Source: an uncultured Verrucomicrobiae bacterium (GTDB lineage Bacteria; Verrucomicrobiota; Verrucomicrobiia; Chthoniobacterales; JAFAMB01). Taken from it: 64,000 nucleotides of DNA. The translations under genes and the position numbers were made by a program. Under the pieces are notes generated by a model. The model ran no database searches. It worked only from the letters and a program-made list of their open reading frames with translations, and was not told where the DNA came from. The stretch spans positions 96,001-160,000 of the forward strand of contig CAWIPH010000001.1 in assembly GCA_963837955.1 (NCBI GenBank), read 5' to 3'. This document shows positions 10,009 to 20,183 of the stretch, piece after piece (positions within the stretch are counted from its first letter, which is position 1; the number at the start of each line of letters is the position of its first letter).

Positions 10009-10968
10009 TTATTTGAGCAGCGCGCTGACATCCGCAGCAGTAATCAGCTTTACCGGAACGTAGACTTCCCGGTTAGCTGGATTGCTATATTTCACCTTGT
10101 CGCCCTTCATCAGTGTGGAAGCTAGATCAACCGTCATCTTTCCCATCTCCTTTGGCACCTGTTGAATGGTGGCACCCAACTGCCCGGCCTTGATCGCTTG
10201 AAGCGCGATTTCGTCTCCATTAAAGCCGACGATGTAAATGTCCTTTACCCCGCTCTTGCCGGAGTCCGCCACCGCCTGAGCCGCACCGACAGCCATCGGA
10301 TCATTGCCGCAAAAGATGGCAGCTACATCGGGATGTGCGGAAAGAATATCTTTGGCCACTTTATAACCTTCCTCTTGTTTACTGTTGGCTGAGAGCGACG
10401 CGACCACCTGATACCCCAATTCTTTGATGTGTTTCTCGAAGCCAGTGTTCCGTCGCGCGGCATACACGGCGCTCGGTTCACAGGAAATCGACGCCACTTT
10501 CTTACTAGCCGATGATTTTTGTTTGAGGACCGAGTCGATGTGGTCGGCTGCGATCACGCCGCCTCTTTCGTTGTCGGAGATTACGATTACATCGTAGTCC
10601 GTTCCCCCACCCCCAATGTCATCGATGACCACCGGAATCTTTTTCGCTTTGGCGGCATCGACAATCGGGCCCAACGCATCGGGTTTGAAAGGAGAGATGA
10701 TCAATGCGCTGATTCCTTGATCGAGTAAATCCTGAGTCGCCGATACCATGGTCGATTCACTGCTTTTTTGGTCGACCAGGACGTACTCAAAGCCGGCGGA
10801 TTCAGCGGCTTCTTTGGTTCCCTTTTCCATGTCTTGGAAGAATCCGTACTGCATGTCGTAGACGGAGAAACCGATCTTCTTCTTAGCGGGGGCTGCGTCG
10901 GCAGGAACTGCAGATAAAAGAACACAAATAGTTGAGAGAATAGTTAGGACTTTGGGGGGTTGTTCCAT
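10009..10968 (-). CDS. Sugar ABC transporter substrate-binding protein (RbsB-like)
   Basis: Start reassigned to MEQPPK with signal peptide; AIFCGNDPMAVGA, VGFNG, ATIQQ. Confidence 0.88.
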   Translation of the reverse strand: MEQPPKVLTILSTICVLLSAVPADAAPAKKKIGFSVYDMQYGFFQDMEKGTKEAAESAGFEYVLVDQKSSESTMVSATQDLLDQGISALIISPFKPDALGPIVDAAKAKKIPVVIDDIGGGGTDYDVIVISDNERGGVIAADHIDSVLKQKSSASKKVASISCEPSAVYAARRNTGFEKHIKELGYQVVASLSANSKQEEGYKVAKDILSAHPDVAAIFCGNDPMAVGAAQAVADSGKSGVKDIYIVGFNGDEIALQAIKAGQLGATIQQVPKEMGKMTVDLASTLMKGDKVKYSNPANREVYVPVKLITAADVSALLK

Positions 10969-11027
10969 AAATAACGGTTTTGGGGGTGGTTGATGGTTTG
11001 AACGGAAAGATTCTTGCGATTGCCAGA

Positions 11028-12107
11028 TTAAGAGCCAGGCCGCTGACGCCGGTTCCAGCGTTCGACGAGGCGCTGGCGAATGCCTTCGACGGAAAGCGCC
11101 AGCAACAAAACCAGACCAACGGCTACGCGTTGGACGAACGCGTCGACGTGATTGAGGTTGAGAACGTTCGATAAAGTAGCGAAGAGGATGGCCGCCGCGA
11201 CCGTCCCGACCATACTGCCGCGCCCTCCAGCCAGACGGGTTCCGCCTAACACGACAGTAGCGATGACATTCAGCTCGAACCCAGGTTCGAGGCCGGGTCC
11301 CGCCGAGTAAAGACGCGATCCGAGAAGCGCGGCGCCAAGACCCGTGAAAAGCCCGACAACAACAAAAACGAACAATATTGTTCGACCCACTGGAACGCCG
11401 GCGGCATGAGCGGCCCTGACGTTTGATCCGATGGCGAAGACATACCGACCGAAAGACGTTCGGTGCAGCGTAAAGGCTCCGATTGCGGCACAAAATAAGA
11501 ATAGAATAAAAGGGACAGGAATGTTCCCGACTAGTCCGTTTCCCCACCAGACGAAATCTTTACCGTTGAAACGCGCGGTTTGTCCGTTGGCAAAAATGAA
11601 CGTCAGGCCGCCGATAAGAAACATTGTGCCAAGCGTCGCGATGAAGGCCGGGATCCGAACCAAAACGACCAAAGAACCGTTTAACAATCCCACGATACCG
11701 CCGATTGCTATAGCCGCGACAAACGCCGGTAAAACACCAAAGTGACCGGCAATTGAGACAGCCGTCCAAGCGCTAAGAGCCTGAGTAGATCCAACCGACA
11801 AATCAAAGGTCCCGGCGATAATGGCGATAGTCATCCCAACCGCAGCAACACCGACAAACGCGCTTTGGCGAAGAACGCTGGCCAAATTGTCCAGATTTGC
11901 GAAACGGGGCGTAGCCATGGCGGCAAGAATCCAGACCACGACCAAGACCGTGGCGATCCCAAATTTTTCCCAGAGAAGATCCCAATCGAGATTACGCATC
12001 GCCCTCCGGGCAGGCCGAACTTCGTGAGTCACGGGTTGATCCGTTTTGACGGGGCGCACGGTTCGCAGTTGGTTCGCTCGTTTAACCGGTAGAACAGGAT
12101 CGATCAT
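11028..12107 (-). CDS. Sugar ABC transporter permease
   Basis: FDLSVGS, IPAFIATLG, FGRYVFAIGSN, VVLGGT. Confidence 0.9.
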   Translation of the reverse strand: MIDPVLPVKRANQLRTVRPVKTDQPVTHEVRPARRAMRNLDWDLLWEKFGIATVLVVVWILAAMATPRFANLDNLASVLRQSAFVGVAAVGMTIAIIAGTFDLSVGSTQALSAWTAVSIAGHFGVLPAFVAAIAIGGIVGLLNGSLVVLVRIPAFIATLGTMFLIGGLTFIFANGQTARFNGKDFVWWGNGLVGNIPVPFILFLFCAAIGAFTLHRTSFGRYVFAIGSNVRAAHAAGVPVGRTILFVFVVVGLFTGLGAALLGSRLYSAGPGLEPGFELNVIATVVLGGTRLAGGRGSMVGTVAAAILFATLSNVLNLNHVDAFVQRVAVGLVLLLALSVEGIRQRLVERWNRRQRPGS

Positions 12108-12136
12108 TTGTTAAGTCGATTCAGCAGTCGGACTAT

Positions 12137-13084
12137 CTAGGATGCCGCTCGATTCGGCGCCTGACGGGCTGCTAGCGCCTCAAGCGTCAGAGCTCCGAGA
12201 AGCAGCAATCCGAGGGTAACGTTTTGGTAGAAGACAGAGACGTTCAGCAGATTTAATCCATTGTTAATAATGGCGACCAACAGACTCCCGAGTAATGTCC
12301 CCGGCACTGAGGCTCTTCCTCCGGTCAACGGCGTGCCCCCGAGAACTACCACAGCGATCGCCGATAACTCCAAACCGGTAGCCAACCGACCGTTTCCGGT
12401 CAGGACCTGGGCACTCAGGATGAGTCCGGACAATGCCGCCGTCGCGCCAACAATGGCGAAAACTCCCCACAAGACATAGGTCGTGCGCACGCCGACGCGC
12501 CGTGCGGATTGGATGTTGCTACCGGTAGCGAGAATGTGCCGGCCAAAGCGAGTCTGGCCGAGAAGCAGACTGAACAACACCGCCAGTGCCAACGCGAGAA
12601 GAACTGGTGTCATTCCGCTCGATAAAATTTTGTACTCAGTTCTCCCAAACAGGTAGATGTCTCGGCCTCTGGTGTAGATGAGTGCTGCTCCCCGTACGAT
12701 GGTGAGCATGCCCAGAGTAGCAATGAACGCTGGAACCCTTAGCTCAGTCACGATGAGGCCGTTCACCCAGCCAATCAGCCCGCCGCTCAGGACTCCCAAA
12801 GCGATAGCCGGCATCACGCCGATCTGTGGGACGAGACTCATGGTGATACACCCCGCGAACGCAGCAGTTGAGCCAACCGAGAGGTCGAAATTCCCGCTCG
12901 CGATCGCCAGAGTCATCCCCAAACCGACAATCGCGACGACGCTGGCACTCGTGCATACGTTCAGGAGATTGTTCGGGCTCAGAAACGTCGGTGTCAGGAG
13001 GGCAAATGCGGCGCCGACAAGTAAGAGTGTCACCCCGACCGGCGAGAAACGAAAAAGGGCCCAAACCGCGCGCTTAGAGACCAT
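12137..13084 (-). CDS. Sugar ABC transporter permease
   Basis: FDLSVGS, VPAFIATLG, ELSAIAVVVLGGT. Confidence 0.9.
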   Translation of the reverse strand: MVSKRAVWALFRFSPVGVTLLLVGAAFALLTPTFLSPNNLLNVCTSASVVAIVGLGMTLAIASGNFDLSVGSTAAFAGCITMSLVPQIGVMPAIALGVLSGGLIGWVNGLIVTELRVPAFIATLGMLTIVRGAALIYTRGRDIYLFGRTEYKILSSGMTPVLLALALAVLFSLLLGQTRFGRHILATGSNIQSARRVGVRTTYVLWGVFAIVGATAALSGLILSAQVLTGNGRLATGLELSAIAVVVLGGTPLTGGRASVPGTLLGSLLVAIINNGLNLLNVSVFYQNVTLGLLLLGALTLEALAARQAPNRAAS

Positions 13085-14621
13085 CTGTAATCTCCATGGG
13101 TTTCGGTTGAACTGCGACTCGGTGGGACAGACCCGTTGCTACTTCCATCACGGCTTCCTGTGTGACCTGGCTTCCGGAGAGCTCTCTGCGGGGCTCCCCA
13201 GCAACAAATACGATACATCGATCAGCGAGTCGGATCAGTTCGGGAAGCTCGGAAGTTTGCAGGATAATCGCGATGCCTTTTTCAACCAGCTGGTCTATCA
13301 ATGCGTATATCTCTGCCTTGGCGCCGACATCGACTCCTCGGGTCGGCTCAGCCAGTAGCAGAACCCGGCACTTCTCCGCCAGCGCTCGAGCAAGAATTAC
13401 TTTCTGCTGATTGCCACCGCTCAGACTGTTGATTCGCTGCTCCGGCCGGCTAAATCGGATATTCAGTTGCTGCTGGTAATCGAGGGTTACTCGTCGCTCA
13501 CTGGCGAGGTCGAGAATTCCGGGAACAGAGGAGAACAGACGGGGCAGCGCTCCAATAGTGAGATTTTGGATTACCGGCAGATCTGGGAACAAGCCGCTCT
13601 GTTTGCGATCCTCTGGCACGAGACCGATCCCGGTTCGAATTGCTGCTCGAGGATGCTCCACGCGTAGGGGCCGGCCGGCCAACGTCACGCTCCCGCTCGT
13701 GATTTTCCGAAGGCCAAACAAGCCTTCCATTAGTTCGGAACAACCGCTACCCATGAGCCCGGCCAGAGCGAGTACTTCCCCGCGACAAAGAGAAAACGAA
13801 ACATTGCGAACCAATCCCCCCTCCACAACGAGGTCTCTGGTTTGCAAAATGGTTTCCGAGGGCGTTCGACTTGGGCGGTTCAGGTGAACAAGCTCGCGCC
13901 CTACCATCGCAGCAACGACTTGCTGTTCCGTGGTATCGGTTCGCCGGGTCGTCTGAATATGCCGGCCATCACGGAAAACCGTGATACGATCGGCTACGGA
14001 AAAGACCTCAGTTAACCGATGGGAAACATAAATAACGGAAACCCCACTCGCAGCGAGTGATCGGACGATTTCCAACAGGCGAACCACTTCGCGCTCGTTT
14101 AGCGCAGCGGTCGGTTCGTCCATGATAATGATCCGCGCCTTCACTGAAAGCGCCCGGGCGATCTCGACGAGTTGTTGCTGACTGACAGCAAGGTCGCTGA
14201 CCGGAGTGGCCGGATCGATGTCCAGATTCAGCGTTTGCAGAATCTGCCGCGTATTTCGATTCATCGTTTCCCAATCGATAAGTGGCCCGCGCCGGGGCTC
14301 TCGAGTGACGAAGACGTTCTCGGCTACACTCAAATGCGGCAGAAGGTTGAACTCCTGAAAAATCACACTGATACCTGCCTGTTGCGAACTAAGCGGGTTC
14401 GCAAATGTGACAGGTCGCCCGTCAACGAGAATCTGACCCGCACTCGGTTGGGAAACACCGGCGAGAATACTGATCAACGTGGATTTACCAGCTCCGTTTT
14501 CTCCGACCAGTGCGTGCACTTCTCCTGGTAGAATGTCAAAATCAACGGCGTCCAACGCGAGAACTCCGGGAAATCGGCGACTTAACTTTTGGACAGCGAG
14601 AACGGAAGGGCTTTCGGGCAT
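13074..14621 (-). CDS. Sugar ABC transporter ATP-binding protein (two NBDs)
   Basis: GENGAGKST, MDEPT, LSGGNQQKV. Confidence 0.93.
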   Translation of the reverse strand: MPESPSVLAVQKLSRRFPGVLALDAVDFDILPGEVHALVGENGAGKSTLISILAGVSQPSAGQILVDGRPVTFANPLSSQQAGISVIFQEFNLLPHLSVAENVFVTREPRRGPLIDWETMNRNTRQILQTLNLDIDPATPVSDLAVSQQQLVEIARALSVKARIIIMDEPTAALNEREVVRLLEIVRSLAASGVSVIYVSHRLTEVFSVADRITVFRDGRHIQTTRRTDTTEQQVVAAMVGRELVHLNRPSRTPSETILQTRDLVVEGGLVRNVSFSLCRGEVLALAGLMGSGCSELMEGLFGLRKITSGSVTLAGRPLRVEHPRAAIRTGIGLVPEDRKQSGLFPDLPVIQNLTIGALPRLFSSVPGILDLASERRVTLDYQQQLNIRFSRPEQRINSLSGGNQQKVILARALAEKCRVLLLAEPTRGVDVGAKAEIYALIDQLVEKGIAIILQTSELPELIRLADRCIVFVAGEPRRELSGSQVTQEAVMEVATGLSHRVAVQPKPMEITDGL

Positions 14622-14837
14622 CTGGGCTCAGGTGGTTAGGGAGATCTCCCCATAACTGTCGTCATCGCATTGCAGTCTCGCAGCTGGCGGCTGAGTCAGT
14701 GAATCATACAAGGTCTGTCGGTATTTTCGTAAGCTCGTAGGAATGCAATTCGAGTTTGTTGCGCCCAATCTAACACCGGGGACTTCGGGGGAATTCGCAC
14801 CCAGCGTAAGCGAGACGCTGTTTAAACGGAATAGACA

Positions 14838-14865
14838 AAATGACGAAATTCATATAATAAATGAC
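14838..14865. promoter_or_regulatory. Candidate AraC-family operator in divergent promoter region
   Basis: aaatgac direct repeat at 14838 and 14859 (21-bp period) in an AT-rich patch. Confidence 0.4.
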
Positions 14866-14940
14866 ACAGTTTGCCTGCCGTAACCTCGGAGACATTATGC
14901 CCAACGAACACCCACCGGCGGAGGTGGATCGCAGCTCTCC

Positions 14941-15837
14941 ATGACGAATTATTTTGTCTATTTACCTGACCGGCGAGAGCAAGGCCCGTGGGAGTGCAGC
15001 GCAACCTCGGTCGGCTATCAACGCGTGCTGCCGGGAAGTCCGTATCCACCGCGGCGTCATCCGGTAGATCATCACTTTACTTGGGAGGATGGCCGCGTGC
15101 TTCACGCCTACCAGATAATCTATATTACCGAGGGAAAAGGTCATTTTGAATCGGGGCTCTCACATAGGAGACAACAAATTGACGCCGGCTGCATCGTGAT
15201 TCTGTTCCCTGGTGTCTGGCACCGATACTCGCCGGATCCCAAAACGGGATGGGTCGAAAATTGGATTGAATGTCGCGGGAAGTCTTTCGATCGGGCGAGA
15301 GCAGTAGGCTTACTTCGACCTGAACGACCGGTCTTGCGGGTAGGTCTCCTACCCGATTTACTCCAATCTTTTGAGCGTTGCCACGCCATGGGACAACGGC
15401 ACTCCCCGCAGACGATGCTTTCGACGATGGGCCTGCACATTCTTTCCGTAGTTCAGAGTGCGCCCGGATTGCGCAGAAATTTCCGTCGACACATCGACGA
15501 AAGAATTCAACAGGCGCAACTCCTCATCGCGCGTCGCTACCACGAACGGATAACCGTGGAGCAGTTGGCTCGCGAATTGCACATCGGATATTCGTCGTTT
15601 CGACAGGCCTTTAAGGCTCAAACTGGTCTGAGCCCGAAACAGTATCAGCTGCAAATTCGTCTTCAGAAGGCTCAAGACTTTCTGGCAAATACATCTAAGT
15701 CGATCGGAGAAATCGCCGAGATCCTGGGATTCGATACTGCCTACCACCTGTCGAACCAATTCAAGAAGCACGTCGGTTTAGCACCTCAAATATGGAGGAA
15801 GAGATTAGTTCGGCGAGCAGGCACGCGGGGAGACTAG
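14941..15837 (+). CDS. AraC family transcriptional regulator
   Basis: N-terminal cupin (FPGVWHRY), C-terminal double HTH (FKAQTGLSPKQY, IAEILGF, FKKHVG). Confidence 0.92.
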   Translation: MTNYFVYLPDRREQGPWECSATSVGYQRVLPGSPYPPRRHPVDHHFTWEDGRVLHAYQIIYITEGKGHFESGLSHRRQQIDAGCIVILFPGVWHRYSPDPKTGWVENWIECRGKSFDRARAVGLLRPERPVLRVGLLPDLLQSFERCHAMGQRHSPQTMLSTMGLHILSVVQSAPGLRRNFRRHIDERIQQAQLLIARRYHERITVEQLARELHIGYSSFRQAFKAQTGLSPKQYQLQIRLQKAQDFLANTSKSIGEIAEILGFDTAYHLSNQFKKHVGLAPQIWRKRLVRRAGTRGD

Positions 15838-16697
15838 AAACGGAATGCGGCCAGAGCAAAAACAAAGATGGCGAACACGATACAATAGACGCCGAACAGC
15901 TTCCATCGTCCGGTCTCGAGCCAACGCGACAACAGCCGCAGCGCCAGCAGTCCAGCGACAAAGCTTGCGACCATCCCAATGACGCCAGGCAAGGCCAGCG
16001 GCACCAAGTTCGCCGCCTTGGTTACCTCTGGATGCGCTTTGAGTAAGCGCCAAAACTCACGCGCAATTGCCGGCGGCGTGATCACGACTGCTAAAGCAAA
16101 ACTAAACTCTTCCATGCGTCGTTTGCCCACACCTAGGAGCAACCCTGTTGAAATTGTCGCTCCAGAACGAGAGAACCCCCGGAAAGGAAGACACAATCCC
16201 TGGACCGCACCGATCCAGGAAGCCGAAGCAGTACTCACATCTTTACCCTCGAGGCGATTGGGCTCACGCAGGCCGGCTAAAATGATCAGCAAGCCGGCAG
16301 CAAGCAACGCTGCCGCGATCAGTGGAAGCTGAGAAAACAAACTCTCCATGTCCGTACTTTGGCTTCCTTTCAGGAAGATCTTTTCGATCACCTGTTGAAG
16401 GGCGAGCCCCACGATGGCCGTAAGAACCGTCGCCACGACTACGTTTTTCGCCATTTTCCAAAACGCCTCGAAACTAGAAAAATAACTCTGCCGCCACGCG
16501 TTCCAGAAATAGACGATAACCGCGAACATGGTCCCGGTGTGCAACATGACCAGAAGAAAAGTCATCTCCGGACTGGAGGCGTCCAGGCCCATCAATTTTT
16601 CTACGACGATGACATGAGCTGAACTGGACACCGGCAGAAGTTCAGCAGCTCCTTGAACAAGACCGAGTATTAGAATCTGGAGAAGGTTTGCGACCAT
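15834..16697 (-). CDS. uppP: Undecaprenyl-diphosphate phosphatase (BacA family)
   Basis: GLVQGAAELLPVSSSAH, GFSRSGATI. Confidence 0.9.
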   Translation of the reverse strand: MVANLLQILILGLVQGAAELLPVSSSAHVIVVEKLMGLDASSPEMTFLLVMLHTGTMFAVIVYFWNAWRQSYFSSFEAFWKMAKNVVVATVLTAIVGLALQQVIEKIFLKGSQSTDMESLFSQLPLIAAALLAAGLLIILAGLREPNRLEGKDVSTASASWIGAVQGLCLPFRGFSRSGATISTGLLLGVGKRRMEEFSFALAVVITPPAIAREFWRLLKAHPEVTKAANLVPLALPGVIGMVASFVAGLLALRLLSRWLETGRWKLFGVYCIVFAIFVFALAAFRF

Positions 16698-16819
16698 AGC
16701 TAAGCGTTGGATAAACGCTCAGTCTTCGTTGTTCTCGGCGAAGGATGCAACGAGGTTTTCGCAATCCGTGGGAAGAAATCTGGAGCAGTGGAGCTCCTCC
16801 GCTATTGGACTGCACGAAC

Positions 16820-16970
16820 GGTCCCCTGCCGATTTTACCGGGGCCACGGCGTCGGTCTCGACCGCGCCCTTTAGCCGGGATCACCTGGGGTTGCGGGTCC
16901 CGCGGTTGGCGGTCCCTGCACCCCAAGTTAAACTCCGGTTGCACCGTTTAGGTGCGTGCGATCAGGGGCC
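16820..16970 (-). ncRNA. Structured ncRNA candidate A (6S-like)
   Basis: Terminal pairing GGCCCCUG/CAGGGGACC; apical stem ACUUGGGGUGC...GCAACCCCAGGU; CCCGGUAAAA motif shared with 45235-45429; wobble pairs favour minus strand. Confidence 0.5.
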
Positions 16971-17020
16971 ACACGACTGTCGAAAAGACGCTATCTTGGA
17001 CAACAGGGTTGACCAAACTT

Positions 17021-17386
17021 TCAGGCGCTAAGCTGGTAGATGATCGGAAGAACGTACACGCCACTAACGGTCGGTTTAAACTGCCAATTGCGGCGCACCC
17101 AACGAGACGAAATTCCGGCTAAAAGCGGCGAGCTTGAGGTAGCGGTGACCTGAAGCATTCTGCCGCGTTCGACATGGATATACACTTGGACATCTCCCTG
17201 GATGCGCATCCGCTGGCAATCTGCAGGGTACTCTGGCGCCGGATAGGAGACTGCGACCACATCGTGCGGCATTCCAACAACAACCATAGCGTTCTGCTCT
17301 CCGGCCTGCGCCTTAGGCGATGTTGAGCAGAGCGTAGCGATCGTGACGACCGCAAGGAGACTCTTAAAAATAGGAGGCTTTGACAT
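17021..17386 (-). CDS. Small secreted TonB C-terminal domain protein
   Basis: Signal peptide; PAPEYP...RIQGDV...WQFKP pattern. Confidence 0.7.
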   Translation of the reverse strand: MSKPPIFKSLLAVVTIATLCSTSPKAQAGEQNAMVVVGMPHDVVAVSYPAPEYPADCQRMRIQGDVQVYIHVERGRMLQVTATSSSPLLAGISSRWVRRNWQFKPTVSGVYVLPIIYQLSA

Positions 17387-17547
17387 ATTGATTCGGGGGG
17401 GAGGTCTGAGGCGGACGAGCGTCCGCTTTCATATGATTCAAACGGAGGGGTTAGATACTACCCGACAAATTAACCCGGACTCTTCCGTCTCTCACGTGAA
17501 AAATTCGGCCTCGAAAATCGTCGGCCTCAGTGGCCGCCGTCGCTGCC

Positions 17548-18531
17548 TCAGCGCCTTCTTCGACGCAAACCATCGAAATAGACAATCACGATGATGAGGA
17601 CGCCGGTGATGACCCGCTGCCAGAATGAATTCACATTGAGCAGGTTGGCACCGTTGTTGATCGTGGTCAGGATGAAGGAGCCAAGCAGCGGTCCCTGCAC
17701 CGAGCCGATGGCGCCGAACAGGCTGGTGCCACCGATCACCGAAGAGGCGATCGCCTGCAATTCCCAGCCTTCCGCCTGAGTCGCGTTGCCGATGCCGATA
17801 CGCGCTGCCAGCAGAATACCAACGAAGGCCGCGCAAAGTGCCGACAGAATATAAGCGATGTAGATCATCCGAACCGTATTGACGCCAGAAAGTCGAGCCG
17901 CCTCCGTATTGGAGCCAATCGCGAAGAGGTAGCGACCAAACCGGCTGTGATGCAAAAATATGTACCCGGGAACCGCAACCACTACTACCATCCAGAAAAG
18001 ATTCGGTACGCCGAGAAAGTCGCCGCGGGAGAAGGCGGTGAAGTCGGTGTTGGTAATGGAGATCGTGGAACCATTGGTGATGAGCAGACCAATGCCGCGT
18101 AGCGCCGTTAATGTTGCCAGCGTCATAATAAAGGGCGGTAGCCCAAGCTTAGTAATCCCGAACCCGTGGAAAACACCAATGACCAGGCCGAATGCAAGCG
18201 TGATGATGAACGCTCCCCAGATCGGGTAACCGTGCGTTAACAACCAGGCGATAATCACGCTGGTGAACCCGACGACCGCCCCAACCGACAAGTCGATGCC
18301 CCCAGTAATGATGACGAAGGTTTCGCCGATCGCCAGGATCGCGGTCATGGCGCCCTGACGCAGCAGGTTGGTAATGTTGCCGTAGGTCCAAAAGCTGGAC
18401 GTGCTGAACGCCAGTAACACCCATAGGAGCGCGAGAAGGACCAGAAGGGTCAAACTGAGCAGCGCGCCAACACGGGCGCGGTGTTTTGTCGCGGCTAACT
18501 GCCGCGCCGCATCTGTGACTTCAACGCTCAT
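17548..18531 (-). CDS. Sugar ABC transporter permease
   Basis: GGIDLSVG, LPPFIMTL, WELQAIASSVIGGT. Confidence 0.92.
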   Translation of the reverse strand: MSVEVTDAARQLAATKHRARVGALLSLTLLVLLALLWVLLAFSTSSFWTYGNITNLLRQGAMTAILAIGETFVIITGGIDLSVGAVVGFTSVIIAWLLTHGYPIWGAFIITLAFGLVIGVFHGFGITKLGLPPFIMTLATLTALRGIGLLITNGSTISITNTDFTAFSRGDFLGVPNLFWMVVVVAVPGYIFLHHSRFGRYLFAIGSNTEAARLSGVNTVRMIYIAYILSALCAAFVGILLAARIGIGNATQAEGWELQAIASSVIGGTSLFGAIGSVQGPLLGSFILTTINNGANLLNVNSFWQRVITGVLIIVIVYFDGLRRRRR

Positions 18532-18587
18532 CTTGAATCTCCTTCAAAACGCTGTTCATGATGTACTTAGTTTGCTGTTGCTGGCGT

Positions 18588-20153
18588 TCATCTGCCGATT
18601 GCTTCCGTCAAAATCGTCTCGTGCAACGCTTTCTCACTCACGTGCGCGCTGTCATGGGTGGCAACGAGTCGCCCGCGGCGAAATACATGCAGCGAATCCG
18701 AGAGATCGTACACCTCCGGCAGATAAGAGGAGATCAGGATAATCCCCGCTCCGGCCTTCAGCAGTTTGGCGAAAAGCTTGTAGATTTCGGTCTTGGTGCC
18801 AACGTCGACACCCGTCGTTGGTTCATCGAAAATAAAGAGCTCAGCCCCATGGTTTAGCCATTTGCCCACGACGATCTTCTGCTGATTGCCTCCGGAAAGG
18901 CTAGAAGCGAGAGCATCGCGCGATGCAGTCTTAATCTGCACCTCGCGGATCTGCCGGTCGGCCGCCGCGGACTCGGCAAAAGGGTTGATGACGCTGGCGG
19001 TGGTCAAGCGCTTGTAGATTGGCAGATTGATGTTGAGTCCGACCCCGAGATTAAGGCAGAGGCCCTGATCGCGTCGGCTTTCTGGCACCAGTGCGATGCC
19101 CCGCGAGATCGCATCCTTTTCCTTGCGAATTTGAACTGGCTGGCCCTTCCAGAAAATCTGGCCCGCGGTCTTGGGAAAGCGGCCGAATAGGCTTTGCACG
19201 AACTCGCTTCGTCCCGCGCCGATCAGTCCGTAAAGTCCAATCACCTCGCCCGCCCGAACCCGTATGGAAATTTCCTGGAAACCCTTGCCGCTGAGGTTTT
19301 CTGTGCGAAGGATTTCGGCCCCAAAGGGAATTGTCTCTTTGTAATGAACCTGGTCGATCGATCGATTGATCATGCCGGTGATCAGCGCTTGCTCGTTGGT
19401 TTCGGCAACGCGTTGGGTCGACACCAACTGGCCGTCGCGCAGGATTGAGACGCGATCCGCAAGCTGGAATACTTCTTCCAGGCGATGCGAAATATAGACG
19501 ATGGTAACGCCCTTGGCTTTGAGTCGACGGATCAACGCGAAAAGCTGTGCCGCCTCCTGACGGGTTAGGTAAGCGGTCGGCTCGTCGAAGATGAGGAAAC
19601 GGGTACCGCGCGTCGAGGCACGGGCGGTCGCGACCAACTGTTGCTGGCCGATCGTGAGCGACGACAGCAGCGCTCCGGCCGGCAGATTAAAGCCGATATC
19701 GTTGAGAATTTTCTGGGCCTCTCGCACCATCGTGCCGTGCTGGAGCAGCCCATAACGCACTTTTTCGTCGCCGAGAAACAAATTGGCGGCGACAGAGAGG
19801 TGCGGGCAAAGCACCACTTCCTGGTGCACCGCATTGATGCCGTGCTCGATCGCCTCATGCGGCGTAGCGAGCGCAACCGACCGGCCTTCCCAATAAACCT
19901 CTCCGCCAGATCGCAGGTAGACGCCGGTAAGCAGCTTGATCAGGGTCGATTTTCCGGCGCCGTTTTCACCGACAATCGCGTGAATTTCTCCCGCGTCGAA
20001 GATGAGATCGACTGCTTTTAGCGCATGCGTAGCGCCAAACCGCTTGTCGAGCCCTTTGAGGGCAAGAAGAGGCGCGGTCTTCTCCGCCGCGCCTTTCGTG
20101 TTGTCACCGTCACCCTGGAACGTGTCCTGGTTCGTTGACGGCTGATTGGCCAT
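18588..20153 (-). CDS. Sugar ABC transporter ATP-binding protein
   Basis: GENGAGKST, FDEPT twice, LSGGNQQK. Confidence 0.93.
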   Translation of the reverse strand: MANQPSTNQDTFQGDGDNTKGAAEKTAPLLALKGLDKRFGATHALKAVDLIFDAGEIHAIVGENGAGKSTLIKLLTGVYLRSGGEVYWEGRSVALATPHEAIEHGINAVHQEVVLCPHLSVAANLFLGDEKVRYGLLQHGTMVREAQKILNDIGFNLPAGALLSSLTIGQQQLVATARASTRGTRFLIFDEPTAYLTRQEAAQLFALIRRLKAKGVTIVYISHRLEEVFQLADRVSILRDGQLVSTQRVAETNEQALITGMINRSIDQVHYKETIPFGAEILRTENLSGKGFQEISIRVRAGEVIGLYGLIGAGRSEFVQSLFGRFPKTAGQIFWKGQPVQIRKEKDAISRGIALVPESRRDQGLCLNLGVGLNINLPIYKRLTTASVINPFAESAAADRQIREVQIKTASRDALASSLSGGNQQKIVVGKWLNHGAELFIFDEPTTGVDVGTKTEIYKLFAKLLKAGAGIILISSYLPEVYDLSDSLHVFRRGRLVATHDSAHVSEKALHETILTEAIGR

Positions 20154-20183
20154 GTTTCTACAGGGGGTTAGTGATCATCTAAC

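Noticed and set aside
10969..11547. N-terminal 192 aa of the 512-aa ORF
   Set aside because: Out-of-frame overlap with the permease; the real binding protein starts at 10968.
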